Part shown: positions 63,999 through 64,000 of the stretch, piece after piece
Layout: each line of letters opens with the position of its first letter
Position numbering within the stretch: position 1 is the first letter of the stretch
Source of the DNA: a virus
Lineage: Duplodnaviria; Caudoviricetes
Virus record (IMG/VR): IMGVR_UViG_3300008107_006173
Direction: 5' to 3' (one strand)
DNA length: 64,000 bases
The notes under the pieces: generated by a model
The model's input: only the letters and a program-made list of their open reading frames with translations
Databases searched by the model: none
What the model was told of the DNA's origin: nothing
Translations under genes and position numbers: made by a program

Positions 63999-64000
63999 TC

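Noticed and set aside
1-64000. CRISPR array, tRNA or rRNA genes, introns/inteins, alternative genetic code
   Set aside because: No regularly spaced repeats or cloverleafs were recognised in the intergenic gaps, the polymerase is uninterrupted at normal length, and TAA, TAG and TGA all terminate full-length genes.

Overview
This window is part of a large lytic dsDNA phage, most likely a T4-related jumbo myovirus. Evidence: family-B DNA polymerase, clamp-like protein, T4-type RNase H, DsbA-like protein and recurring TAAATA late-promoter-like motifs. A lipoprotein and an outer-membrane beta-barrel point to a Gram-negative host. The window has two convergent arms. (1) Plus strand, 1-31977: the end of a tail-fibre-like gene and a virion protein, then a ~30 kb glycan-biosynthesis/tailoring region. 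It holds five twitch-type radical SAM paralogs, six SGNH-like proteins, GT-A and GT-B-like glycosyltransferases including a 1100-aa ten-repeat protein, UDP-sugar dehydrogenase, carbamoyltransferase, sulfotransferase, methyltransferases and a degenerate NeuB. (2) Minus strand, 32040-64000: an OMP, early genes behind sigma70-type promoters (MoxR AAA+/vWA pair, wHTH, HNH), RNase H, a putative type II restriction-modification pair, a 7-deazaguanine cluster (QueE, FolE, DpdL-like T-fold protein with LxxxHRHxF, TGT/DpdA-like) interleaved with a phosphoribosyltransferase, GalE and a GT-B glycosyltransferase, then clamp and polymerase. The best candidates for undescribed biology are the deazaguanine-plus-glycosyltransferase DNA modification locus and the radical-SAM-rich glycan locus. 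Smaller leads are an sRNA-like element with an anti-SD loop (36078-36154), a duplicated gene junction marking a cassette insertion (61730-63095) and a possible origin region (17520-18645). All family assignments come from motifs recognised by eye and recalled family knowledge; no database search was run. No tRNA, rRNA or CRISPR array was recognised.
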